DNA of 64,000 nt. Origin: a virus. The stretch is taken from positions 88,726 to 152,725 of IMG/VR virus record IMGVR_UViG_3300009285_003054; one strand, written 5' to 3'. A model generated the notes under the pieces. That model was not told the origin of the DNA and ran no database searches. It worked only from the letters and a program-made list of their open reading frames with translations. Position 1 is the stretch's first letter, and each line of letters opens with the position of its first letter. This document shows, piece after piece, positions 1 to 8,159 of this stretch. The position numbers and the translations under genes are program-made.

Positions 1-667
1 GACCCGTGTGCATTTGTTGTTTAAACTCCGATTTGGAGCCCGCATGTAGTGGTGTCTGTTTGGCTACCGTATCACCACCGCGTGGATCTGATTCGTCAGA
101 GTTCTTGCCACCCTTATGAATCTGGCTAGGTTTGTACTTCGGACGGGCTCCGGGGAACACCCCAGACGCAGCCAATGCTTGAAAAAACTCGGCTTTGGAT
201 GCCTGAGAGAGATCGACAATCTCACCATCTCCTTCCTTGGGAACGTAGTCTCCCAAGGCTATCGGGAGATTCTGCTGTGTCCCTCCGGGAAGGGGCACTT
301 GTTTAGCCAACTCCTTGATAAAATCTCCCGGAGCTACCAGAAGAGACAGCGGAATGGTCACTCCCCGATCCCACTGTTGTTTTGACTCTTCCGAAGGGGG
401 TGACTTAGTAGTGCGGGCTAAGCGATGGATCGTCTCAGATGTCCAGCGGGTTCCTAGTATACCCTCTAGCGAGTTACCCAGGCGCTCGTCCCTATCGCGT
501 TGATGCTTGCGCATGGCCCAGGCATTGAACACCCGCACCCTGGATGGTGCATGAGTCAAGTCTTGGATTGCGGGGTGGGTCGTAGGTAGGCCTGTGTAGC
601 CGATTATGAAGGCAAGATCACATAAATCCGGGTCAGACTCTATATCTGACCAGAGAGAGGAAAAGGG
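1..667 (-). CDS. Partial ORF running off the window; probable -1 frameshift extension (gpGT-like) of the 640..1356 gene
   Basis: Translated by hand and missing from the supplied track. The frame is open from 688 (after TAA at 691-689) to the window edge: PFSSLWSDIESDPDLCDLAFIIGYTGLPTTHPAIQDL...KQQMHTG. The first TTG is at 559 and the first ATG at 514, neither with an SD. It is entered by a -1 slip at CCCTTTT (667..661). Confidence 0.75.
627..667 (-). promoter_or_regulatory. Programmed -1 ribosomal frameshift signal: slippery heptamer C CCU UUU plus 3' hairpin
   Basis: Zero-frame codons AGC CCT TTT give an X XXY YYZ heptamer at 667..661. Nine nt downstream is the stem GGUCAGA/UCUGACC (651..631, extendable to 654..627 with a bulge), with the zero-frame UAG in its loop. 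Confidence 0.8.
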
Positions 668-1356
668 CTGGTATTTGTAGCCTCCACGTTATCTGCGGGG
701 GGCTTTGCAATACTCCCACACTGTGGGCAGAAGATCCAACCGTCTTGCTCTATGCGTGTCCGCAAGACGACCATGTCTGGCTCGGAATACTCTTGGATGA
801 AGTGGCAAGATTGGCACTTGAATGTATGTTTCAGCGGTACTCGATCTTCCGGGAAAGTGATGGTAGATGGAAATGCTTGGTTGTACTGATCGTAGAGCCA
901 GGTTATCATCTCTCTATCAAAACCAGAGCCACTGGTCAACATCCGTAGAAAAGCAGATGCTGCCATTCTCCGAACATTCATTGGGGGATACAATGGGTCA
1001 GACACTGTCGATTTCTGCTCTTCTGAAAAGATCCCCGGGAATGCGCACTCTACAAAGATCCAGAGTGGTATGTCGTTGACTGCTAGCACACTCAGTGCCA
1101 CCGTGGCGCTACTGAGTTCGATGTTAGTAGCCACTTGCGCCGACATGATATCCTCAGTAGACGTAGGCATGTAGATCCGCGAAGAGGACGCAATCCACAA
1201 CTGATCGGAATGCCCGTTTATTCCTGACAGGGTGAACATCCATTCCCTGTTGTTGCACCGGATGGGGCCGACCTTCTGGGTTTTGGGTTGGGCTAGCCCA
1301 AAATCCTCTCGAAATAGATTAACCAGCTCCTGTGCGGGGGTTATTCGTGATGTCAT
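640..1356 (-). CDS. Putative tail assembly chaperone / hub-assembly protein with C-terminal zinc ribbon
   Basis: Start placed at ATG 1356 (ATGA overlap with the upstream stop) rather than 1425. CQSC...CPQC motif. Ends in ...TSPF at the slippery site and lies downstream of the tail tube gene. Confidence 0.6.
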   Translation of the reverse strand: MTSRITPAQELVNLFREDFGLAQPKTQKVGPIRCNNREWMFTLSGINGHSDQLWIASSSRIYMPTSTEDIMSAQVATNIELSSATVALSVLAVNDIPLWIFVECAFPGIFSEEQKSTVSDPLYPPMNVRRMAASAFLRMLTSGSGFDREMITWLYDQYNQAFPSTITFPEDRVPLKHTFKCQSCHFIQEYSEPDMVVLRTRIEQDGWIFCPQCGSIAKPPADNVEATNTSPFPLSGQI

Positions 1357-2450
1357 GCTGCTACACTCCTGTCCTTTGGCGGTGTTCCGAGATCCCACTG
1401 CGATATTGATATTTTTCCCTTGCACTCCGAGGGGAGGATAATATAGTACACATGCTCCCCGCGGACCCGCATGGGGGTGAGCGGAAGGAAGTACCCAATA
1501 TACTCCCGATACTTAGGGCGCTTTAGTAGGCGACCAAAATGTTCCTCTGCCTTTCGCCTACTGTATGGCTCCTCGGAGGGGAGGAGGTTTGCAGGTACTG
1601 CGAGCAAACGGCAGTTGTGGATTTGCTTGTATGTCCCAAAGACAGTGTCACTCCTAATCTTTGCGGCTAACAGTGCTTTTTCCGCACCAACATCATAAGT
1701 GAACTTACTCAGGATTACCGGCCAGGTTGCTACACCAGCATCGGGAGTAGTCTGCAAGTGCAAATCATACAAGTCGTGAGCACGTTCTACAAGTAGAACA
1801 TCCCTAACCTCGGATGTCATTCCTATTTCTTGGTCGGAGTATTTTTGAGTCTCCTCCCGCGATGTGTCAAGTTCGGGAAGACTATCTTCCCCTTTCTTCC
1901 CGAACAGCTGCTCATTTATCACCGCCAGTGTGGCCATTTTCCTATCACCACCGAACTGACCTACAACTGCGTCTACTTGCTGATCAAATGCGAGAGCTTT
2001 AATCTTTCGGATGCTTCTCTTTTTCTCACCACTACCTGGCTGTAATGGATCATGGAGTCCTAATCGAATGTGGCGCATTACACCATTTGCAAGCCGAGAA
2101 CAGCTTTGTGCTATCCCGTCAAATTCCTTAATCCAATCGGGAAATTCTTCGGAGGTTAGTGGTTTGACCAATGCAGTCAGCATCCGCTGTCTCAAGTCGG
2201 ACAGGGTGAATGCTAGATCAATAAGGAACATCTCCGGAAATGGTGCACCTAGCTCTTCCAGTTTAGCAAGTGCCATTACTTTCCGAGTAAGTAAACAGAT
2301 CTGCGCATCCACCCGCAAGATGGATTTCATCCGAATTCTACTTAGTTTTCCTTTCGGAGGTAGGGTCAGATTTATTATTTGAATTGCCCCCTTCGAGATT
2401 TCAATTAGGTGAGTATGTATCTGATCATGCGTCGTTATTACTTGCTGCAT
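1353..2450 (-). CDS. Hypothetical protein (365 aa)
   Basis: Long ORF tiled between neighbours with an ATGA overlap; no family recognised. Confidence 0.7.
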   Translation of the reverse strand: MQQVITTHDQIHTHLIEISKGAIQIINLTLPPKGKLSRIRMKSILRVDAQICLLTRKVMALAKLEELGAPFPEMFLIDLAFTLSDLRQRMLTALVKPLTSEEFPDWIKEFDGIAQSCSRLANGVMRHIRLGLHDPLQPGSGEKKRSIRKIKALAFDQQVDAVVGQFGGDRKMATLAVINEQLFGKKGEDSLPELDTSREETQKYSDQEIGMTSEVRDVLLVERAHDLYDLHLQTTPDAGVATWPVILSKFTYDVGAEKALLAAKIRSDTVFGTYKQIHNCRLLAVPANLLPSEEPYSRRKAEEHFGRLLKRPKYREYIGYFLPLTPMRVRGEHVYYIILPSECKGKISISQWDLGTPPKDRSVAA

Positions 2451-2492
2451 CTGCTAATCCCCGATGCTAGAGTTTTATGTGATATTCCTTTA

Positions 2493-3209
2493 CTACCCCA
2501 ATTCAGCCATAATACCCGTAGACTTTCCGTGCTTACGCAATTTGACCAGTGCCGCTTCCATGATCTGAAATGCTCGCTGCCGACTGATCCCCATGGTCTT
2601 GGCTATACTAGGGATACTGCTTGGGACTTCTGCGAGGTACCTCTCCAGAATAACTCGACGTTGTGTACATGACAACACCTTAGTGTCATTCACCCAACCT
2701 CGTAAGAAAGCCGCTATCTCTGCTTGTTCAGCAAGATCATCTGGAGCCGCTGGTGCAGCATTGAAATCATCTATTATGGCTGGCGGCACAATCTTACTAT
2801 CTGGATACAAAATATCATCCCCTTGGTAGTCTCGTGTTTTGGTTGTCCACTCCCAGCAGTTGCTGACGAACTGAGAGATGAATGCTCGAACCCACCAACC
2901 CGCATAAGTAGTTACACGTGCCCCTGCACATGCCTCGGGATCATAACGGGATACCCCTACTATAAGTCCTTTGTTCCCTTCCTGGATGACATCCATTGGA
3001 TCCACACCGGGATTCAAAAAGAAACCGCGCGCAAGCTTTACTACCAAACGTAGATTAGCGGATATCAATGTTTGCTTTGCCAACACATCTCCTTGTATCA
3101 TTTGAAGCACCAGTGCTTGCTCTACCTCGCGTGTAAGTGGGTTACATTGGGGTGCACTCAAGCTGTGAAAGTAAGCTGTCAGCGCAGTGTCATGCTGATA
3201 AGCCGCCAT
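2493..3209 (-). CDS. Phage RNA polymerase sigma-70-family factor
   Basis: Region 1.2 (LTAYFHSL..PLTREVEQAL), region 2 (LISANLRLVVKLA, DVIQEGNKGLI, RYDP, TTYAGWWVR) and region 4 HTH (SIPSIAKTMGISRQRAFQIMEAALVKLR). ATG 3209 has GAGGG upstream; GTG 3248 is the alternative start. Confidence 0.93.
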   Translation of the reverse strand: MAAYQHDTALTAYFHSLSAPQCNPLTREVEQALVLQMIQGDVLAKQTLISANLRLVVKLARGFFLNPGVDPMDVIQEGNKGLIVGVSRYDPEACAGARVTTYAGWWVRAFISQFVSNCWEWTTKTRDYQGDDILYPDSKIVPPAIIDDFNAAPAAPDDLAEQAEIAAFLRGWVNDTKVLSCTQRRVILERYLAEVPSSIPSIAKTMGISRQRAFQIMEAALVKLRKHGKSTGIMAELG

Positions 3210-3251
3210 ATTACCCTCGAGTTTAGGCTTTTCTTGTTTCTCATTCACTTT

Positions 3252-3281
3252 ATAGAATATGTGATGATAGAATATGTGATG
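3252..3281. repeat. Perfect 15-bp tandem duplication (ATAGAATATGTGATG x2) upstream of the sigma gene
   Basis: 3252-3266 is identical to 3267-3281. Confidence 0.95.
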
Positions 3282-3288
3282 TGTCTGG

Positions 3289-3326
3289 CAAAATTAAAGG
3301 GTCGTGAAATTACTCTCACGACCCTT
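3289..3326 (-). terminator. Probable intrinsic terminator
   Basis: Perfect 11-bp stem AAGGGTCGTGA/TCACGACCCTT (3297-3307 with 3316-3326), 8-nt loop, followed on the minus strand by TAATTTTG. Lies downstream of the 3370..3780 gene. Confidence 0.75.
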
Positions 3327-3369
3327 GTCGGCATTGTCGATATGTCTATCTACAGGATAAGATGCACGT

Positions 3370-3780
3370 TCAAGCGTCCGCTAGGAATATGCTCATACGT
3401 GCATGCGCTTCCGCGTCGGTGTCAAAGTGATCGCACGGGATCCCACATACCATCTCACAGAGCAGGACCATCGAGTTTCGGATGGTCATAGCCTCCGAGA
3501 TGTACCTGCGCTGTGGGATACCATACTGGCCGCTGTGGGAAATGGTGTCTGAAGCCAGGGTCACGATTGCGTCAGAACACTCACACCTGTGTTCGGGTCG
3601 ATCGAGATTGACATAATTTAAGTGTTCATTGGTGTCGTCCACAATGGTGGCAGTGGCATCGCATCCCCCATCGGTGGTAGCGGCATTGCATCCATCGTCG
3701 GCACCGACTTCAAGTGGAAAAATAAAAAATAACGCACAAATCATCGCCAACAGAAATGCAGCATACGGTGGGCTTCTCAT
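3370..3780 (-). CDS. Hypothetical exported, Cys-rich protein
   Basis: Hydrophobic N-terminus ending in a signal-peptidase-like V-G-A|D site; several Cys; AAGGAAG upstream. Confidence 0.7.
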   Translation of the reverse strand: MRSPPYAAFLLAMICALFFIFPLEVGADDGCNAATTDGGCDATATIVDDTNEHLNYVNLDRPEHRCECSDAIVTLASDTISHSGQYGIPQRRYISEAMTIRNSMVLLCEMVCGIPCDHFDTDAEAHARMSIFLADA

Positions 3781-3832
3781 AGATGGCTTCCTTTCTTTTG
3801 CATGTGAACAATTACTGACAGAACTACTTTAC

Positions 3833-3894
3833 AGAAACAAGGAAAGAAAGAGCTGGTCCGAACTGGCTTGGAATCAAACCCTGTCGGACCAGCT
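3833..3894 (-). terminator. Probable intrinsic terminator
   Basis: 11-bp stem AGCTGGTCCGA/TCGGACCAGCT (3851-3861 with 3884-3894), an inner GGUUUG/CAAGCC helix, then CTTTCTTTCCTTGTTTCT on the minus strand. Confidence 0.65.
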
Positions 3895-3962
3895 GCAGCA
3901 CTCGTACCATCTTCAATATGGTTTGAGCACTCAGCACTACTTTACAGGAATGTCTGTGTTAA

Positions 3963-4367
3963 TTACGCTGCGTCGAATACCAACGGGATACGAATTGGCG
4001 CACACGGGATTCCGAGGATGGTGATGAGCATGTGGATGGTGGTATTCGTAGCCCCCACCACATCCACCACGTCGAGTACCAGGTCACCATGACTGTCGGT
4101 GGTGGCCAGACACGCTGCTTTGCCTGTGGCTGTGATGAGTACCCCTGCACCACCATCTGCGATGTTGTATGCTGTGGCCAGCGGTGGAAGGCAGTCCCCA
4201 TCCAACAACTCTGCCTTCACATCGAAAGTGCTACCTTCGATTGCGTTGCCGTTGATGTCTACGATGTTGAGGGTCACCAGAATGTGATTGGCGGCTTCTG
4301 CGCCTGCCACACCAGTGGGTGTTGTGATGGCTCGGGCCATCGCGGTGCCAATGTAATTCGTTGCCAT
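3963..4367 (-). CDS. Putative virion structural protein, beta-rich/Ig-like; paralog of 4442..4837
   Basis: TAGGAG SD; aligns end to end with its neighbour (AEL(L/V)DGDCLP, GVLIT, LDV, P(I/V)R(I/V)PL). Confidence 0.7.
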   Translation of the reverse strand: MATNYIGTAMARAITTPTGVAGAEAANHILVTLNIVDINGNAIEGSTFDVKAELLDGDCLPPLATAYNIADGGAGVLITATGKAACLATTDSHGDLVLDVVDVVGATNTTIHMLITILGIPCAPIRIPLVFDAA

Positions 4368-4386
4368 GCTTCAATTCTCCTACAAT

Positions 4387-4431
4387 AGAAAGGGTATCTG
4401 ACTCCAAAGAAAGGGTATTTGACTCCAAAGA
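4387..4431. repeat. 21-bp tandem duplication AGAAAGGGTAT(C/T)TGACTCCAA between the two paralogs
   Basis: 4387-4407 matches 4408-4428 with one mismatch, followed by a partial AGA. Confidence 0.92.
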
Positions 4432-4441
4432 TCAGCAGGTA

Positions 4442-4837
4442 TTACACACCGTCATACGTGAGAGGGACACGTACCGGTTCACCCGGATAGCCGAGCACGG
4501 TGAGCATGAGGTAGATCGTGGCTACGATACCCCCGGCTACCTGCGTTACATCCAGCACAATACCGCCGGCTGCGTCAGATGTCACCATAACCTGTGCCTT
4601 GGCAGTAGTGGTGATGAGCACACCCTTGGCACCGACAGCCATGGTATAGGCTGCGGAGAGAACTGGTAGGCAATCCCCATCCACCAACTCCGCCAGTACC
4701 TCGGCGGTACCATTCGCCAGATTGCCGTCCATGTCTTTGATGTCAATGGTGACGGGAATAACGTTTGCTACTTCGACTCCGACAGTGAATGTTGGGATCA
4801 AGATTGCTCGATTGAGGTTTCTTCCTACGTGTGCCAT
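4442..4837 (-). CDS. Putative virion structural protein, beta-rich/Ig-like; paralog of 3963..4367
   Basis: TAGGAG SD; directly downstream of the tail tube; V/T/G/A-rich. Confidence 0.7.
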   Translation of the reverse strand: MAHVGRNLNRAILIPTFTVGVEVANVIPVTIDIKDMDGNLANGTAEVLAELVDGDCLPVLSAAYTMAVGAKGVLITTTAKAQVMVTSDAAGGIVLDVTQVAGGIVATIYLMLTVLGYPGEPVRVPLTYDGV

Positions 4838-4885
4838 AGCTTGATTCTCCTACTTGATGACCAAGAGAGACTGCAGGAATTGAAG

Positions 4886-5467
4886 CTATTTCTCACAACT
4901 CCTACGAACGTACATGAACTCCCCAGAACGGGTGATCCGGGTATCCCCACCTTCCGCCTCGAACCCATTGGGGTTCAGCCCGGTGAACCAGCATGCCCGA
5001 TAGCGCCAGTGGCGATAGAGGGTAACATTCCGGAGCAGCACTTCATCCGCCCGGAAGGGTCTATCTTGGTCCACCAGATCCTCGAACACAGAGTCGGAGT
5101 CAGTGAGGCCAAAGGCCACCTCCGCCTCTCCCGCCCAGACTTCTACCCGCGTCATGGAGACAGTGTATCCGGAACTGCCACCAGGGGTAAGATCGATGGG
5201 CTTTCCGAAGGTAGTAGACGACAATTCAAAAGAGTGCTGTGCTGTACGGGAATAGACCTGCGGCTGCCAGGAAGTGATCCTCCCGATGGGCGCGATGGAT
5301 CCTCCGGTGAGACCACCCCCGTTCTCGGGACCGGCACCAATCGACACTCCGTGAAATGTCATATTGGCTCCGGCACGGGATGCATCATAGAGTGCGTAAA
5401 CCTCTACACCCCAATCGTTGGGAGCAGACCCAAAACTAGGTGACGCGATCTGCCCAGGATGACTCAT
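4886..5467 (-). CDS. Tail tube protein (contractile tail)
   Basis: 193 aa with myovirus tube-like pattern IGRITSW...FEL...PIDLTPG..Y.VSMTRVEVW...LVDQDRPF...YRACWFT; downstream of the sheath; GGAG SD. Confidence 0.8.
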   Translation of the reverse strand: MSHPGQIASPSFGSAPNDWGVEVYALYDASRAGANMTFHGVSIGAGPENGGGLTGGSIAPIGRITSWQPQVYSRTAQHSFELSSTTFGKPIDLTPGGSSGYTVSMTRVEVWAGEAEVAFGLTDSDSVFEDLVDQDRPFRADEVLLRNVTLYRHWRYRACWFTGLNPNGFEAEGGDTRITRSGEFMYVRRSCEK

Positions 5468-5861
5468 AAAATACTCCGAAACCCATTCTGTAGGGGTTAA
5501 TTTTCGTTAAGGAAAGATTAAGGACGGATATTGCTGCTTGTCATTGGTAAACTAATAGTGTCACTTGATCGGGTGATTATTTGATCTGCAGGGTTGTCCA
5601 TCTGAATCCATCTGAAGTTGGTTTCTTTTTGTGTATAGCTGCCTTGGGTGTATACTTCTTCCCGTGCCAATTGTCAAAGAGTTTCTTAGTGGCACCATGG
5701 TGACTATCCGCTGCTTTGTAGTGTTTCGAGTGAATTCCTCGAATCTTCCTCCGTTCTTCCGGAGGAAGAGAAGTGAATTTCACCATCCTCCCAGACTTCG
5801 GAGACTTGAACTTCTTCCCTTCGATGGACTCGAGGAAGGAAATCCCTTTGTGTTCGGCTGA

Positions 5862-5898
5862 TCCTCTTTTCGGAGGTGCAGCCAATCGGATGTACTTA
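5862..5898. repeat. Dispersed repeat: 37 bp identical to 8077..8113, within a longer diverged gene duplication
   Basis: TCCTCTTTTCGGAGGTGCAGCCAATCGGATGTACTTA occurs at both loci, and the flanking 250 bp or so are visibly similar. Confidence 0.9.
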
Positions 5899-5905
5899 CT
5901 TACGA

Positions 5906-5939
5906 TTTGAGCGATGATGTTCTTTGAGCGATGATGTTC
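5906..5939. repeat. Perfect 17-bp tandem duplication (TTTGAGCGATGATGTTC x2)
   Basis: 5906-5922 is identical to 5923-5939. Confidence 0.95.
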
Positions 5940-6447
5940 ATTGGATGAGATCCTTATCTTTTCGATTCTTTGGGTTGGATGCTTTGCAGTAGATACTTTT
6001 ACCGTCTGGCATGATCATCTGCAACATCCGACAATCTCTCCCACATTTCCGACAGTATGTCCGACCTTTTCCGTAATCCAACCCCACACTTTCGGGGGAT
6101 TTAGGGCAAGTACCTGTGTGCACGAACACTATGCTTCGCGCTTCCTGCACCGTGGCCGGAAGAGTACTCATGGCTACCCGTAACACCGCAGCAGCTAGGA
6201 TATTGGCTTTGCGCTGGACCACCCGTTTGGCTACCGGTTTCTTTTGCAACTTCTCTGCTCCCGCACGGTTGACTGCTGCGTAACCGGAAGCCATAGCTCT
6301 TCCCTCATCTCCGTGGGTGGATTGGTATACGGCATTAAAGGCATGCGCAAAAGTCCGAGCCAACTTATCGGTGACATTGGAATACGTCTTGCGGAGACGT
6401 TGCTTCACCATTTCTATTGATTTGGTATCATCTACCGGGTATGGCAT
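5938..6447 (-). CDS. ChaB-like domain protein with C-terminal Cys cluster
   Basis: LARTFAHAFNAVYQSTHGDEGRAMASGYAAVNR matches the ChaB pattern (F..AFN..Y....DE.RA...(W/Y)AAV); C-terminal CPK...CRKC...C. Confidence 0.7.
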   Translation of the reverse strand: MPYPVDDTKSIEMVKQRLRKTYSNVTDKLARTFAHAFNAVYQSTHGDEGRAMASGYAAVNRAGAEKLQKKPVAKRVVQRKANILAAAVLRVAMSTLPATVQEARSIVFVHTGTCPKSPESVGLDYGKGRTYCRKCGRDCRMLQMIMPDGKSIYCKASNPKNRKDKDLIQ

Positions 6448-6453
6448 TGAAGC

Positions 6454-6792
6454 TTATTCCTCTGAATGATTATTTTTACACCATATTTTGAAATCTACAA
6501 GTGCATGTTGTGTGACCTCTCGTACATTTCTATCTCTACCCAGATTATTTCGCCAGGCAGTTCTCCAAGCGTCCCTAATCGGCTCTTTCATCTCGTTTGG
6601 TAAGAGACGAAACGGTACGAAGTTCCTTTTCTTTGTTTTGAACTGGTTCTCTAGGATAGCGTGGCGGAAACCCTCTGCCATCCCCTTGTCAAACATCTTA
6701 TCTGTCTTACCTGACGCCACATCCCCACTACCCATCTTCCACGTATCGGGAATACCCGATACGGCTTGGATTACCTTACACAAGATATTCAT
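6454..6792 (-). CDS. Hypothetical basic protein
   Basis: Tiled ORF beginning MNILCKVIQAV, like its neighbours. Confidence 0.7.
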   Translation of the reverse strand: MNILCKVIQAVSGIPDTWKMGSGDVASGKTDKMFDKGMAEGFRHAILENQFKTKKRNFVPFRLLPNEMKEPIRDAWRTAWRNNLGRDRNVREVTQHALVDFKIWCKNNHSEE

Positions 6793-6793
6793 A

Positions 6794-7297
6794 TCACATC
6801 CGAACGTTTGGTTGTTGACCTGAAGGTATTACGGAAGACTGGAAGTAATCCCGTACCAGCTTCCTCACTCGTTTTCCGAGAAGAAATCCGGTTGTACGCA
6901 GTACGTCTGAGCCCCCACCAGTGATCTGTGTGACAACCCCCCGAGTGCTACATTGAATATCCCGGTCACGTAGGATAGCTCCCAGGATTTGCGCGAATTG
7001 ACTCCGCGTGATGTTAGCCGTATCCCCAATGGCAGTAGCTTGGCTCTTCCCTCGAAGCCATTCCACCATATCCGTAATGGCTACGTTGCCCAATCGAACT
7101 TCCAAAACTTCCCCGTGGTGTTGGAAGTTCAAATGTATGCCTACAGATACGTTGTCGAGCAACAACTCTTCGGATGTGAAGACACGGGGGATACCACCAG
7201 TAACCGCCGAGATAGCATACGCTCGGCTCTCCCACTCTTTGCTATCACTGGTGGCTACTCGACGGACGGATTCTGCGAGGATGTTGAATTTATGCAT
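6794..7297 (-). CDS. Hypothetical protein
   Basis: Start moved to ATG 7297 (MHKFNILAESVRRVATS) to avoid overlap; shares the NIL...RVA segment. Confidence 0.7.
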   Translation of the reverse strand: MHKFNILAESVRRVATSDSKEWESRAYAISAVTGGIPRVFTSEELLLDNVSVGIHLNFQHHGEVLEVRLGNVAITDMVEWLRGKSQATAIGDTANITRSQFAQILGAILRDRDIQCSTRGVVTQITGGGSDVLRTTGFLLGKRVRKLVRDYFQSSVIPSGQQPNVRM

Positions 7298-7311
7298 AAT
7301 CTGAGAACACA

Positions 7312-8139
7312 CTAGTTTCGTGGGCGTGATTTCCACGTCCCAGCGACCGGATGGACTCGTTCTACTGGTTTCTTTTGCAACTTCTCTGCCCGATGATGCT
7401 GCTGTGCAATCTTGGCCGCACTCGCGGCATTAGGTGCATGGAAACTCCGCGAACCCCCATAGAATTTGGTAATCTTCGGTCTGTAGGATACTTGTTTACT
7501 CTTTGGGTCGTATGTATACTTCCCATGTTTTTCGGATCGGGAATATGTCTTCAACGTACCTGGCCTGCCATCGTTCTCCGACCACCCTTTCCCCGGATGA
7601 TTTTCTGCTAGTTTCTCTGTCGTAGTAACCTTGGAGATCTTGTCGTGATGCGCACCTGCTATTTTCTTAGCATGATCGGAGTTGTGTGCTTGCCCAAGCT
7701 GAACCTTCTCTGAGGGTTTCGCTCCCTTGGGAAGATACGATACATGGCCGGCACGGCCAATGTAGTACGTTCCGTTACCCGTCTTGAATTTGGACCCTAA
7801 GTCCCCCGATGCCCATTTTCCCGTGACCGGGTGGCTTTGATCGGTTGTCTTCGTAGTAACCTTTCCCTGATTCTTCCCGTGCCAACCATCGAACAGCTTT
7901 TTGGTAACGGGGTGTACTCCATCCGAGGCTTTGTAGTGTCTCGAATGAGTACTCCGAATCTTCTTTTGTTCTTCGGGTGGAAGGGAAGTAAACTTCACCA
8001 TCCTTCCGGACTTCGGAGATTTGAACTTCTTCCCTTCGATGGACTTGACGAAGGAAGTCTCTTTATGTTCCGGGGTTCCTCTTTTCGGAGGTGCAGCCAA
8101 TCGGATGTACTTATTTACGACTTGTGCAATGATGTTCAT
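7312..8139 (-). CDS. Lys/His-rich protein with internal repeats; putative head-internal/DNA-binding protein
   Basis: GKKFKSPKSGRMVKFTSLPPEEQ module, then two repeats (HP..GW...G.Y......VSY.PK...A.N...A.KIA..HH). Confidence 0.7.
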   Translation of the reverse strand: MNIIAQVVNKYIRLAAPPKRGTPEHKETSFVKSIEGKKFKSPKSGRMVKFTSLPPEEQKKIRSTHSRHYKASDGVHPVTKKLFDGWHGKNQGKVTTKTTDQSHPVTGKWASGDLGSKFKTGNGTYYIGRAGHVSYLPKGAKPSEKVQLGQAHNSDHAKKIAGAHHDKISKVTTTEKLAENHPGKGWSENDGRPGTLKTYSRSEKHGKYTYDPKSKQVSYRPKITKFYGGSRSFHAPNAASAAKIAQQHHRAEKLQKKPVERVHPVAGTWKSRPRN

Positions 8140-8159
8140 TGAGGAAGATCCTTCTGTTA

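Larger units (their letters stand above)
5577..5941 (-). pseudogene. Small basic protein, paralog of the 7312..8139 N-terminus; start region frameshifted by a 17-bp duplication
   Basis: ATG 5941 (ATGA overlap with the upstream stop) reads MNIIAQRTSSLKS*. Removing one repeat unit restores MNIIAQIVSKYIRLAAPPKRG..., matching the paralog MNIIAQVVNKYIRLAAPPKRG. The residual ORF 5577..5885 starts at TTG. Confidence 0.7.

Noticed and set aside
3781-3962. tRNA in the larger intergenic gaps (also 5468..5576, 18095..18175, 22012..22114)
   Set aside because: No cloverleaf or T-loop consensus was found by eye; the hairpin at 3851-3894 fits a terminator. tRNAscan-SE/Infernal would be definitive.
3252-5939. 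Short direct repeats as a CRISPR array or Borg-like repeat tracts
   Set aside because: Each has only two adjacent copies with no spacers, the units are unrelated, and no cas gene was recognised.
5577-8139. Diversity-generating retroelement template/variable repeat pair
   Set aside because: Differences between the duplicated segments are not adenine-specific and are often synonymous, the repeats cover N-termini, and no reverse transcriptase is in the window.
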